A stretch of 64,000 nucleotides of DNA, taken from the NCBI GenBank assembly GCA_003482855.1, contig DMXO01000002.1, positions 28,060 to 92,059 of the forward strand, given 5' to 3'. The notes under the pieces are model-generated. The model had not been told where the DNA came from and ran no database searches. It saw only the letters and a list, made by a program, of their open reading frames with translations. The first letter of the stretch is position 1, and every line of letters starts with the position of its first letter. Positions 51,058 through 61,220 of the stretch are shown here, in pieces. Both the position numbers and the translations under genes were made by a program. The stretch comes from Candidatus Magasanikiibacteriota bacterium. GTDB taxonomy: Bacteria > Patescibacteriota > Patescibacteriia > Magasanikbacterales > UBA922.

Positions 51058-51960
51058 TTATCGACGAGATGCAAATTTATTCCACGTAACAAGCAATGGG
51101 CTTGCAACAAATATAGAAGAATATGCGCCCAAGAAAATACCAATCCATAATGCAAGTGAGAAATACTTGATGGTCTCACCACCAAAGAAAAATAGAGTTG
51201 CGAGTGGGAATAGTGTTGTCAATGTCGTATTGATAGAGCGCGCCATAGTCTCGTTGACTGCAAAGTTGATCGTCTCATCAAAATGCTCGGCATTCCTGCG
51301 AATGAGATTTTCTCTCACACGATCAAATACTACGATCGTATCATTTACTGAATACCCGAGAATCGTCAGCAATGCAACAACAAACGGTATATCTACTTCC
51401 ACATTCATGAATCTGCCCAAGAAAGCAAATACTCCAGCAGTAATTGTCACATCGTGAATCAGGGCAATCACCGCGATAATTCCATACTTCCAAGAAGCAA
51501 TCGGTTTTGAAACTTTTCTAAATGAATATGCAATAAATATGATAATGGCAATACATACTACGACAACGGCTTTCATTGAACGTTGTTTCAACTGGGCACT
51601 CACGGATGGGCCAATAGTCTCAAACCTCTGTTCAAGCACTTTCTGTTCTCCTTGTTCGTAATTTGTACGCAATATATCAAGCAACTGTTGATGTTCTTCT
51701 TCACTCAAAAAACGAGTCTTCACAATCATACTTACATCCCCAGATGTTTGTACCACTGCATTGCCCAATGCTGATTCTACGGCGCTACGTACTTCAGGTA
51801 CTGCAGGACGCTCCTCAGTAAATGAAACTTCCAATACTGAACCTCCAGTAAAATCCATGCTTGGTTTGAGTCCATAGGCAATAAGTCCAAAAACAGCCAC
51901 AGCAAACAATAACCCAGAAGCTACATAACTAATTTTTCTATTTCCAATAAAGTTGATCAT
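51058..51960 (-). CDS. secF: Protein translocase subunit SecF
   Basis: DFTGGS, IGPSV, HDV, GYSVNDTIVVFDRVRE. Confidence 0.96.
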   Translation of the reverse strand: MINFIGNRKISYVASGLLFAVAVFGLIAYGLKPSMDFTGGSVLEVSFTEERPAVPEVRSAVESALGNAVVQTSGDVSMIVKTRFLSEEEHQQLLDILRTNYEQGEQKVLEQRFETIGPSVSAQLKQRSMKAVVVVCIAIIIFIAYSFRKVSKPIASWKYGIIAVIALIHDVTITAGVFAFLGRFMNVEVDIPFVVALLTILGYSVNDTIVVFDRVRENLIRRNAEHFDETINFAVNETMARSINTTLTTLFPLATLFFFGGETIKYFSLALWIGIFLGAYSSIFVASPLLVTWNKFASRR

Positions 51961-51965
51961 ACGTA

Positions 51966-54011
51966 TTACTTTAGATCCTCCATACGAGGTTTACGTCCAC
52001 CCAAAAATAATCTATTTCCATGATGGTGGAACCATGGCACGACAAACCGCAACATAACACGAGTGATAGTGATAGCAGTAAACATACTCATGAGAACACC
52101 AACGGACAAGGTCACCGCAAATCCTTTTACAAAGCTCGTACCAAGCCAAATAAGGAGCACACAGCTAATGAGTGTAGAAATATTGCTATCGCGAATAGAA
52201 GTCCATGCACGAACAAATCCTTCTTCTACACCAGCCTTGAGACTTTTACCTTCTTTCAATTCTTCTTTGAGACGCTCAAATATAAGGACATTTGCATCTA
52301 CGGCCATACCAATAGACATAATGAAGCCAGCAATACCCGCAAGCGTCAAGGTAACCCCTATCAATTTGAATACTGCGAGTGTCAATGCAATATAGAGAGA
52401 TAATGAAATAACAGAAAGCAAACCAGGTAATCTATAGTACAACAACATAAACACCATGATGAGTAATACACCTACTACACCAGCATATAGACTCTGAGTA
52501 AGTGATTTACTACCGAGTGTTGCACCAATAGTTTGCTGTGACACGAGACTTATTGGCACAGGCAAAGCACCTGCATTCAGTCGTTGAGACAATAGTTGAG
52601 CTTCTTTTACATTGAAGCTACCGGTAATTACTGCGCGTCCATCCATGATAGCTGTCTGTACAACAGGCGCGCTAATGACATTGCCATCAAGGAATATAGC
52701 AACCTGTTTACCTACATTTCGTGAAGTAATGTCAGCAAATAAATCCTTACCTTCATCATCAAAGTTGAGCGCTACTTGCACTGAGCCTGTCTGTGGGTCA
52801 GATACGACTTCGGAACGATCCAGTTGTTTGCCTGACAAAGCAGTATTCTTCCATGTATCTTGGGGAGGTACGATATCACTCTCACTTTGTGTCTGAATCA
52901 AGATTCTCCATAGTTCATATTCTTTTGTCGTACGTTCATCACGTTTGTAAATAATGTGAAAACCAAAATCTGTTTCTACAGGTCCAATGATTTGTCCCTT
53001 TTCTGCTTGGAATACTGCTGTCTCAAATGCAGGTATCATGACACCGGTGCCAAACCAACCAAGGTCTCCACCATTTTCAGATACGCTTGGATCAGTAGAA
53101 TTTTCTTTGGCAAGCATTTCAAAATTTTCAGCGTTTGCTGTGTTGTATAATTCTTGAGCTTTGGCGCGTGCCTCGTCCTTGTTGTATATAGGATTATTAC
53201 ATCCTTGAGCGCCAAGATAACAAATCAATATGTGGCTGGCTTGTACTTCTTTGCCACCATCTCGCTCAGCACCACGTTTGAGGATGTTGTATCCTTGTAC
53301 AGACTCTACCAATGTTTGGCTCGTAGTACCTTCAGAAGCACTTACTGCCCATTCATACAGTTCTGTGTATGCAGAGTTGGACCCCACATAATTCATATAG
53401 CCTCCATTATTTTTACTTGCTTGATCTTCTGATACTTCACGCGCAACTGCTTCAATATTTTCTCCATTTTTTATTCTTTTCAAAATATCTTGCGCACGCT
53501 TTTTTGCGTCAGCATTATATTCATCCATTTGTTTTTGTTCTTCTGCAGTAAGTTCGCGAGGTGGCTCAGTATTTTCTTCTTTAAATTCCAAAATAGGAGT
53601 ACCACCAATCATGGCAATTGCCTGCTCTACATCAGTCACACCAGGAAGCTCGACAACAAGACGATATGCATCGCTCACTTTTGTTGTCTGCACTTGTGGT
53701 TCAGATACGCCCATACCGTTCACACGTCGCTCGATAACATCACGCACACCTTCTACTGCTGAACCTTTTTCTTCTTGAGTAAGCGCAGTGGTATCTGCCT
53801 CATACACGAGATGCGCGCCACCCTGCAAATCAAGACCAAGTTGAAATTCTTTTTCAGGTACGCGTGGCAGACCAAGCTTGATAGTATCATTGACCCAATC
53901 AATGCCTCTATTGAAACTGCTTGGACTCACGAAAATAACTGATACAAAAAGAAGGGCAAATATGCCCGCTATCCCCCATCTAATTTTTCCGCGAATATCT
54001 GTTTTTACCAT
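51966..54011 (-). CDS. secD: Protein translocase subunit SecD with inserted parvulin PPIase domains
   Basis: LGLDLQGG, RVNGMGVSEP, LNAGALP, GMAVDANVLIFER; insert contains ASHILI, SENGGDLGWF, ETDFGFHII. Confidence 0.95.
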   Translation of the reverse strand: MVKTDIRGKIRWGIAGIFALLFVSVIFVSPSSFNRGIDWVNDTIKLGLPRVPEKEFQLGLDLQGGAHLVYEADTTALTQEEKGSAVEGVRDVIERRVNGMGVSEPQVQTTKVSDAYRLVVELPGVTDVEQAIAMIGGTPILEFKEENTEPPRELTAEEQKQMDEYNADAKKRAQDILKRIKNGENIEAVAREVSEDQASKNNGGYMNYVGSNSAYTELYEWAVSASEGTTSQTLVESVQGYNILKRGAERDGGKEVQASHILICYLGAQGCNNPIYNKDEARAKAQELYNTANAENFEMLAKENSTDPSVSENGGDLGWFGTGVMIPAFETAVFQAEKGQIIGPVETDFGFHIIYKRDERTTKEYELWRILIQTQSESDIVPPQDTWKNTALSGKQLDRSEVVSDPQTGSVQVALNFDDEGKDLFADITSRNVGKQVAIFLDGNVISAPVVQTAIMDGRAVITGSFNVKEAQLLSQRLNAGALPVPISLVSQQTIGATLGSKSLTQSLYAGVVGVLLIMVFMLLYYRLPGLLSVISLSLYIALTLAVFKLIGVTLTLAGIAGFIMSIGMAVDANVLIFERLKEELKEGKSLKAGVEEGFVRAWTSIRDSNISTLISCVLLIWLGTSFVKGFAVTLSVGVLMSMFTAITITRVMLRFVVPWFHHHGNRLFLGGRKPRMEDLK

Positions 54012-54153
54012 AGTATCTAAATGAGCTTGAGAAAATCTGCCCAAGGCAGACATGTCTACCAAAGGCAGACTTGTAATAACGTGCCTTATTGTATCTTTTT
54101 TTGTAGAAAAGGTCAAGCAAACTTAGCCACACTATATATACATATATACAGCA

Positions 54154-54182
54154 TTGACAAAATGGCATTTTTGTGATATTAT
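54154..54182 (+). promoter_or_regulatory. sigma70 promoter of islet 5
   Basis: TTGACA-17nt-TATTAT with extended TG. Confidence 0.75.
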
Positions 54183-54214
54183 CGCCACGGATTTTCCACC
54201 ACGTGAGGCCAAAA

Positions 54215-54367
54215 ATGGCCACGACCACGACCCTCGTGTGCATGGAGTGCGGACACCCGGAGATGGAGGTCATCGAATACGGTGACCACGAGGAACGGGT
54301 CAAGTGCCCCAAGTGCGGGCACGAAGCCTCGGTTCCCCCGGGCGCTCAGCCCGGTACTCCGGTCTAG
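54215..54367 (+). CDS. GC-rich zinc-ribbon microprotein (islet 5), 50 aa
   Basis: CMEC...CPKC, SD GAGG, GC3-rich. Confidence 0.75.
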   Translation: MATTTTLVCMECGHPEMEVIEYGDHEERVKCPKCGHEASVPPGAQPGTPV

Positions 54368-54540
54368 CACCGGACAAAACACCCCACACGCGGCCCCGGG
54401 CAATCGTGCCCGGGGATGATGTCATGAAAAACCACCCAATGACTATCTGAGTTCTCAACGTATATTTGAGAATTGGGATAGGAGGTTTGGGTGGTTTTTT
54501 GTTGTCTAATTTATCTTCTATTTTTATTCGTCATTTCGCA

Positions 54541-57417
54541 TTACGCCCCATGGCACTTCTTATACTTCTTTCCACTTCCGCACGGACATGGATCATTGCG
54601 CCCTACTTTGTTGCCTGAATCATCTCTGGTTTTGCCTTTCACGATACCTGCCTCGCCATCACTTGTCTTTTGTGCGCCTTTGAGTGTCATCTTGTCATCA
54701 GCCATGATACTTGGTGTGAGTTGCAAACCAACATTTATCTTAAAAACCGTATAGGCAACATCTTTTTGAATATTGGCAAGCAATTGATTGAACAGATGAA
54801 AACTTTCTTGTTTGTATTCGACAAGTGGATCACGCTGACCATACCCACGCAGACCAATACCCTGACGCAAATAATCTATAGCCACGAGATAATCAACCCA
54901 CAAATTATCTATAGTACGAAGCAAAATACTTTTTTGAATTTCTGCCTGTATCTGGTGTGGCTCTTGTACACCTGCTGTCTGTTGTGCAATAGCTTTCATG
55001 AATTCGCTATATTGATGACGCGCTTTGGCTACGAGAAATGATATGAGAGCATCTCGTCTCTCCACGTCACTCTTGTTGTCACTCCCTGATTGTCCAAAAG
55101 ACAAAATTTCTTGCCTATCTTCTGCTGACAAAGGAAACATTGTTTTTATGGTCTCATATATTTCTTTTACATTCCAATCATACTTATTCACTGCGCTATC
55201 TCCATTTGCATCTGTCTGTGGATTGGTATGATATGACACAACAAATTCAATCTCACCTTCTATCATCTCCATGACCATGTCATGAAGCGATTGATATGAG
55301 AGGTCATTTGTATCTTCCAAATTTGTTGTTGGTTGTGATGCAGTCTCTACGTCACCATCAATAATATTTGTTGATTCTTTTTTTGCTAAATCAAGAATTT
55401 TTCTTCTTTTCTTATAAATTACCTCGCGCTGTTTATTGAGGACGTCATCATATTCAAGCAAATGCTTGCGCGTATCAAAATGAAATGATTCCACTTTTTT
55501 CTGAGCGCTTTCGAGCATACGCGTAATAAATTTTTGTTCAATAGGCATATCCTCAGGCACTTTGAGCCTAGTCATCATGGACTTGAGCCTGTCTCCAGCA
55601 AAAATACGCATGAGATCATCCCCTGTTGATACAAAGAATTGGGTCTCACCGGGGTCGCCCTGACGCGCGCTACGACCGCGAAGCTGATTGTCTATACGAC
55701 GAGATTCATGGCGTTCTGTACCCAGTACAAAGAGACCGCCAGCATCTTTAATCTTTTGTTCATCTTCTTTTGTCGCTCCCGGTCCGCCAAGCTTGATATC
55801 CACACCACGCCCAGCCATATTAGTTGCAAGAGTCACTGCTCCTGCACGACCAGCTTGTGCAATTATTTCACCTTCTCGTTCATGATTCTTTGCATTGAGA
55901 ATCTCATGTTGTATGCCATTGATGAGGAGATATTGACTAAGTTCTTCATTTTTTTCTACAGAAATAGTACCAATAAGTACTGGTTGACCTTTGGTTTGAC
56001 ATTCTTTCAATTTTTCTATAACTGCCTTGTACTTACCTGCCTCAGTTCTATAAATACGATCAGAGTGATCTATACGCTGGTCAGGACGATTGGTAGGTAT
56101 GACTACGACTTCGAGTCCATAAATTTTATAAAATTCTTCTTCTTCGGTCTTGGCAGTACCCGTCATGCCAGACAATTTTTTGTACATGCGAAAAAGATTT
56201 TGAAATGTAATCGTTGCAAGTGTACGGCTCTCACGCTGAATTGCGACATTTTCTTTTGCCTCGATTGCCTGGTGCATGCCTTCGGAATATCTGCGACCTG
56301 GCATCTTGCGACCAGTAAATTCATCAATGATAATAATCTCGCCATTGTCTACAATATAGTCTTTGTCGCGTTTGAAGAGTACTTCTGCTTTGAGTGCCTG
56401 CTCTACATGGTGCACGAGCTGTATGCCTCCCTCAACATAAAGATTGTCTACATGCAACCAATTTTCAAATTTGGAAATACCTACATCAGTAAGTGTTGAC
56501 GCCCGCATCTTCTCATCCACATTATAATCTTCGCCTTCCTTGAGTTGTTTCACCCATTTGGCAAATTGATAATATTGTTCAGTCGCTTCTTCTGCTGGCG
56601 CGGATATGATGAGTGGCGTACGTGCTTCATCTACAAGTATGGAATCTATTTCATCGACAATCGCATAATGCATTTCTGATCCTGGTCGCATGACCATTTC
56701 ATCAAGACTCTGCACCATGTTGTCACGTAGATAATCAAAACCAAATTCATTATTGGTACCATACGTGATATCACAACGATACGCTTCTTGTCTGCTCGCT
56801 GTTCTCAAAAATTCATTTTCTACTTTAAAACTTCCTTTCTCGACTTCGGACTTCGGACTTCGGACTTCAACCACCTCATCGGAATCTGAAGTCTGATTGC
56901 TGAAGTCTGAAGTCTGTTGGCTATCATACACAAACGACACGCGCTGATTTTGAATAATACCAACTGATAACCCCAAAAAATCATAGATCTTCCCCATCCA
57001 CACTGCATCACGTTTTGCCAAATAATCATTCACGGTCACGACATGTACGCCTCTGCCTTCAAGAGCATTCAAATATACTGGCAAGGTTGCGGTAAGTGTC
57101 TTGCCTTCGCCAGTTCTCATCTCAGCAATCCTGCCCTGATGAAGTGCAATGCCACCAACAAGCTGTACATCATAATGGCGCATGCCCATGACGCGCTTGG
57201 TTGCTTCACGTACCGTAGCAAAACTTTCGGGCAATAGATCATCCAAAGACTCGCCTTCTGCAAGACGTTTCTTGAATTCAGACGTCTTGGCTTTCAATGC
57301 ATCATCAGACAATTTTTCAAATTCTGGCTCAAGACTATTTATTTTGGCAACAAGGGGATCAAATACTTTGAGCATTTTTTTGTTTTGATCACCAAAAATT
57401 TTATGAAGAAAAGACAT
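54541..57417 (-). CDS. secA: Protein translocase subunit SecA
   Basis: [37 protein letters not shown] motif [13 protein letters not shown]. Confidence 0.98.
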   Translation of the reverse strand: MSFLHKIFGDQNKKMLKVFDPLVAKINSLEPEFEKLSDDALKAKTSEFKKRLAEGESLDDLLPESFATVREATKRVMGMRHYDVQLVGGIALHQGRIAEMRTGEGKTLTATLPVYLNALEGRGVHVVTVNDYLAKRDAVWMGKIYDFLGLSVGIIQNQRVSFVYDSQQTSDFSNQTSDSDEVVEVRSPKSEVEKGSFKVENEFLRTASRQEAYRCDITYGTNNEFGFDYLRDNMVQSLDEMVMRPGSEMHYAIVDEIDSILVDEARTPLIISAPAEEATEQYYQFAKWVKQLKEGEDYNVDEKMRASTLTDVGISKFENWLHVDNLYVEGGIQLVHHVEQALKAEVLFKRDKDYIVDNGEIIIIDEFTGRKMPGRRYSEGMHQAIEAKENVAIQRESRTLATITFQNLFRMYKKLSGMTGTAKTEEEEFYKIYGLEVVVIPTNRPDQRIDHSDRIYRTEAGKYKAVIEKLKECQTKGQPVLIGTISVEKNEELSQYLLINGIQHEILNAKNHEREGEIIAQAGRAGAVTLATNMAGRGVDIKLGGPGATKEDEQKIKDAGGLFVLGTERHESRRIDNQLRGRSARQGDPGETQFFVSTGDDLMRIFAGDRLKSMMTRLKVPEDMPIEQKFITRMLESAQKKVESFHFDTRKHLLEYDDVLNKQREVIYKKRRKILDLAKKESTNIIDGDVETASQPTTNLEDTNDLSYQSLHDMVMEMIEGEIEFVVSYHTNPQTDANGDSAVNKYDWNVKEIYETIKTMFPLSAEDRQEILSFGQSGSDNKSDVERRDALISFLVAKARHQYSEFMKAIAQQTAGVQEPHQIQAEIQKSILLRTIDNLWVDYLVAIDYLRQGIGLRGYGQRDPLVEYKQESFHLFNQLLANIQKDVAYTVFKINVGLQLTPSIMADDKMTLKGAQKTSDGEAGIVKGKTRDDSGNKVGRNDPCPCGSGKKYKKCHGA

Positions 57418-57550
57418 ACATTAAAACTTAGAAAGGCCTAGGAAGCTAAGAAAGCTCAGAAGACTCGTGAAGATTAAAAATCTAAAAAGCGACTTAAATC
57501 TCATATTAAAACCCTCAAAGTATAGCATCTATACAACATCTTGTCCATCC

Positions 57551-57579
57551 TTGACTTTTTACCATTTTTAGTGTACTTT
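57551..57579 (+). promoter_or_regulatory. sigma70 promoter of islet 6
   Basis: TTGACT-17nt-TACTTT. Confidence 0.6.
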
Positions 57580-57613
57580 ATGGGCAGAACTTTAACCCTT
57601 TGGGGGTCCTCCA

Positions 57614-57877
57614 ATGGTCAGGAACAACTGCCCCGCATGCGGGGCACAGGTCGAACACGGCACGCTCTGTGGCGCGTGCGGTCACCGGCTGGGTGAAGAA
57701 CCCGGCAACCGGCACTGCACGTGCACTGGCAACGTCTGCGTCCGCCTCCGGACGCAGATCGTCGTCCGCACGGTCGAGGTCGCTACGACCAAGGCCGACG
57801 GGACGGTGGTGCCCCACGGTACCGCCAGCTTCCTCTACGACCCCACGACCGGCCGGTCGCACCTGACGACCGGCTGA
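57614..57877 (+). CDS. GC-rich zinc-ribbon protein (islet 6), 87 aa
   Basis: CPACG...CGACG...HCTC...C, GC3-rich, GGGGG SD. Confidence 0.8.
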   Translation: MVRNNCPACGAQVEHGTLCGACGHRLGEEPGNRHCTCTGNVCVRLRTQIVVRTVEVATTKADGTVVPHGTASFLYDPTTGRSHLTTG

Positions 57878-57912
57878 CCCTCTGTCCCGCGCCCGACGCT
57901 CCCCGCGTTCGT

Positions 57913-57998
57913 GGGCCGGCGCGTGCTGTTCTGCGTATTTCGTGCATCAGCCCCCCTGGTGCATGAGGTACGTAGACGCGCGCGCCGGCCCTCCTTCC
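57913..57998 (+). ncRNA. Long GU-rich 3' hairpin ending in CCCUCCUUCC
   Basis: 14-bp plus 21-bp stems; all non-Watson-Crick pairs within the stems are G-U on the + strand. Confidence 0.6.
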
Positions 57999-58021
57999 TC
58001 ATTATTAAACCAAAGTTACTC

Positions 58022-58050
58022 TTGACAAAGAGTGACTTTTTTGTTATTAT
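58022..58050 (+). promoter_or_regulatory. sigma70 promoter of islet 7
   Basis: TTGACA-17nt-TATTAT with extended TG. Confidence 0.75.
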
Positions 58051-58080
58051 CCGCCCGCTTCAAACAACCCGGGGTTCAAG

Positions 58081-58239
58081 ATGTACTGTGCCCACTGCGG
58101 CCTCATGCTCGTCATCGATATCGAAGGACATTGCCCCATCTGCGGGACAAAAATCGATGAGGCGTCGCCCTATGTGATGCCTGCGAGGCCGCCGATCGAC
58201 ACCGCCCCTACCCCCTCCGGACAGGGACAACATACCTAG
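58081..58239 (+). CDS. GC-rich zinc-ribbon microprotein (islet 7), 52 aa, absent from the ORF track
   Basis: Manual translation MYCAHCGLMLVIDIEGHCPICGTKIDEASPYVMPARPPIDTAPTPSGQGQHT*. Confidence 0.7.
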   Translation: MYCAHCGLMLVIDIEGHCPICGTKIDEASPYVMPARPPIDTAPTPSGQGQHT

Positions 58240-58358
58240 TATCTTGCGTACGGAATTGAACATTCCAACGCGAGTGTATGTTCGTCCCGTTCATCCCTAA
58301 AATCAAAACCACCCTAAAAAATCGGGTGGTTTTAAAATTCAAAATTTCAAATTCAAAA

Positions 58359-58703
58359 TTATTCCTGATATCCTTTTACCTCTCTTAATTCTTCCTTGTC
58401 TCTATTACGCATCTTCCCTTTCATCTTTTCCAATTCTACTTTGAGATGATCCTTCACTTTGTCAATCGCCTTGTACAAATCCTCAGATTCTTTTTTAATA
58501 TTAAATGCCTTGCCTGGCAGACCAACATTGAATTCCGCAAAGTAAATTTCTCCTTTGTTATGATGATTGGAATCCATGCCAACAATAATATCTATACTTA
58601 CAATATGATCAAAATATGTTTGCAGATCTTCTGCCTTTTCTTGTGCATACTGCCGTATAGCATCGGTCATTTCTAGACCTTTTGTTTGTACTTCAATAAG
58701 CAT
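58359..58703 (-). CDS. hpf: Ribosome hibernation promoting factor (short HPF/RaiA)
   Basis: MTDAIRQYA.EK, EDLYKAIDKV.D.L. Confidence 0.9.
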   Translation of the reverse strand: MLIEVQTKGLEMTDAIRQYAQEKAEDLQTYFDHIVSIDIIVGMDSNHHNKGEIYFAEFNVGLPGKAFNIKKESEDLYKAIDKVKDHLKVELEKMKGKMRNRDKEELREVKGYQE

Positions 58704-58758
58704 AGGTTGAAAATCTAAATCTTAAAATAACTGACTAAAACAAAATGATTATGGACTA

Positions 58759-58977
58759 TTAACCATTAGTTCCTGTTTTTCTTTCGAATTCAATTACATT
58801 TGTATCATCATCGCCGTCTTCTTCAACATCTCCGACTCTTTCTGCAGTGCGTTGTTCTTGTATTCTTGCAACAGCTTCATCAGCCTCATCAGCCTCATCC
58901 ATAGCTCTTTCTAATTCCTCTGGGTCTACCCCTGGTTTTAAATCTGGTTGAGGCATGACTCGTGGTATTTCTCCCAT
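58759..58977 (-). CDS. Small acidic hypothetical protein
   Basis: 72-aa ORF between murB and hpf. Confidence 0.6.
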   Translation of the reverse strand: MGEIPRVMPQPDLKPGVDPEELERAMDEADEADEAVARIQEQRTAERVGDVEEDGDDDTNVIEFERKTGTNG

Positions 58978-58988
58978 ATATGTTAGGA

Positions 58989-59927
58989 TTAAATAATAAA
59001 AATTTCTTCTTCTAAATTAATACTAAATTTAGTATACACATCTTCTTTTATACGGTCAACAATGGATAAAATATCTTCTGCTGTTGCACCACCCAAATTT
59101 ACAATAAAATTACCATGCATCTCACTCACCTCGGCGTTACCTACCCGATATCCTTTGAGTCCACACTGATCTATGAGCCACCCTGCGGGGATAAAGCCAC
59201 GTTCAACAAATTCAGCAGGAATATTTTTAAGTAATTCTGCATTCATCATATTACATTCTACATTCTTAAAAATACATCCCGAACTGTTTCCTTTTGGCTG
59301 AGTCTTGTTCCTTTGATCCATATACATAAGGGCTTTTTTTTGCAAATCTTTATTTTCGCCTTTTTCAAGTTTCAACCATACGCGTACAATGACACCCCCG
59401 TCATGTTTAAATACACTATCACGGTATCCAAATGTACAATCTTCATTATGTAATTCAAAAACCTCGCCATCACGATATACTTCGACTTTTGTAACTGTCT
59501 TGCTCATATCACTACCCATAGCACCCGCATTGCCACGGACCGCACCACCTATGGTGCCCGGTACACCAACTCCCCATTCAAATCCAGTCAACCCTGCTTT
59601 GATACTCTCTTGTGCGATACGTACGGTCGGACAACCAGCAGACGCTTCCACAATCTGATCTTTGATAATTATGTTCTGGTCTCTAATCTGTACTATAACT
59701 CCGTCATATCGTTCATCCTTTACCAATACATTACTTCCCCCACCGAGTATCATATATCTTTCTCCTTCACCATCCAGATATTTCAAAAGCTCTATGAATT
59801 TATTTACATCCTCTACAACAACAAAATATTTGGCAGGTCCGCCAATTTTGTACGAGGTGTGCTTTGACATAGGTTCATCAATTTTCACCTTGCCATAATT
59901 TTTGAGTTGTGTGTAGAGTTGGTCCAT
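58989..59927 (-). CDS. murB: UDP-N-acetylenolpyruvoylglucosamine reductase
   Basis: HTSYKIGGPA, GGGSN, PGTIGGAVRGNAGA, SSGCIFKN, HGNFIVN. Confidence 0.96.
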   Translation of the reverse strand: MDQLYTQLKNYGKVKIDEPMSKHTSYKIGGPAKYFVVVEDVNKFIELLKYLDGEGERYMILGGGSNVLVKDERYDGVIVQIRDQNIIIKDQIVEASAGCPTVRIAQESIKAGLTGFEWGVGVPGTIGGAVRGNAGAMGSDMSKTVTKVEVYRDGEVFELHNEDCTFGYRDSVFKHDGGVIVRVWLKLEKGENKDLQKKALMYMDQRNKTQPKGNSSGCIFKNVECNMMNAELLKNIPAEFVERGFIPAGWLIDQCGLKGYRVGNAEVSEMHGNFIVNLGGATAEDILSIVDRIKEDVYTKFSINLEEEIFII

Positions 59928-59977
59928 AGGACGTGAAAGTTGCAAAAACGGCTAAAACAAGCTATAATCCCATCGCT

Positions 59978-61192
59978 ATGCTCGACCTCTCTCAAAATCC
60001 AATCGTCTACGTAACCCGCGATATTGAGCGGGCTTTGGGCTTGCCGATACATACTCTTGGTTATTATATTATCTCAAATTACTCTGAATTTGCAAATAAA
60101 AATTATAAAAGTCAAGGGAATGTGCTTCTGATACAAGAAGACTCCCCTCTCGATACCTGGCAACTTCTCAAACATAAAACAACTATTGATTTTGTCTCTA
60201 GGTTACATACACCCCATATTTTGCTTTTCAAAAATACACCACAAATTGAACGAATTTGTCAGGAACAAGGATGGAATTTCCTCAATCCATCTGCTGAATT
60301 TGCAAACAACGTGGAAGAAAAGATATCACAGGTTGCATGGCTTGGTGAGTTAACAAAATACTTGCCCCCTCATGAAATTAAATTGTGCAGAGATGTCACC
60401 TGGAATGAGAAGCCCTTCATTCTTCAATTTAATCGCGCGCACACAGGTCTGGGTACATTTTTTATTAATGACGAAAAAAAACTCAACGAATTACAGGAGA
60501 CATTCCCCAACCGCGAGGCACGCATAACAGATTATATTGTCGGTCCCATGTTTACGAGTAATAACGTAGTTACTCATACAGATATTCTCATGGGAAACAT
60601 CAACTACCAAATCACCGGGCTCAAACCATTTACAAAAAATCCATTTGCAACAATCGGGAATGATTGGGGTATAGTGAAAGAATTATTGAATGAGAAGCAA
60701 ATCAAAACATACAAAAAAATAACAACAGACATCGGCAACAAACTACGACAAGATGGATGGAAAGGGTTGTTTGGAGTAGATATTATGTTGGATGAAAAAA
60801 CTGGTGAATTATATTTGATAGAAATCAATGCACGGCAACCAGCAAGTACTACTTATGAAAGCATATTGCAACAAAAGACTTCGGACTTTAGCAAGCAGAC
60901 TTCAGATACGACATTTGAAGCACATACCAGGGCTCTTTTAGGCGAACGCGTAAGAGATATCATTAAAATTGAAGATGGCGCACAGATAATCCTTCGTAAC
61001 CAAGAGGGACTACGAATCACGAGTGACGAATTACAAGATAAGCTACAAAAAGATGGTTTTGCTATAACTCCTTATTCAAACACCAAGCCAGGCTCCGATC
61101 TCCTCCGTATCCAAAGCAAAACATCGATAATGAAAAAACACAATGAATTCAACGAGAATGGTCAAAGTATTCTCAACAATTTAGCAATGTAG
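59978..61192 (+). CDS. ATP-grasp domain protein
   Basis: EEKISQ, HTGLGT, GLFGVD, LIEINAR. Confidence 0.8.
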   Translation: MLDLSQNPIVYVTRDIERALGLPIHTLGYYIISNYSEFANKNYKSQGNVLLIQEDSPLDTWQLLKHKTTIDFVSRLHTPHILLFKNTPQIERICQEQGWNFLNPSAEFANNVEEKISQVAWLGELTKYLPPHEIKLCRDVTWNEKPFILQFNRAHTGLGTFFINDEKKLNELQETFPNREARITDYIVGPMFTSNNVVTHTDILMGNINYQITGLKPFTKNPFATIGNDWGIVKELLNEKQIKTYKKITTDIGNKLRQDGWKGLFGVDIMLDEKTGELYLIEINARQPASTTYESILQQKTSDFSKQTSDTTFEAHTRALLGERVRDIIKIEDGAQIILRNQEGLRITSDELQDKLQKDGFAITPYSNTKPGSDLLRIQSKTSIMKKHNEFNENGQSILNNLAM

Positions 61193-61220
61193 CAATTTAA
61201 CAATAGAGCAATAAAACAAT

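Noticed and set aside
55639-56499. 286-aa plus-strand ORF and similar antisense ORFs over copA, typA and dnaG
   Set aside because: Antisense to well-supported housekeeping genes, with no recognisable motifs
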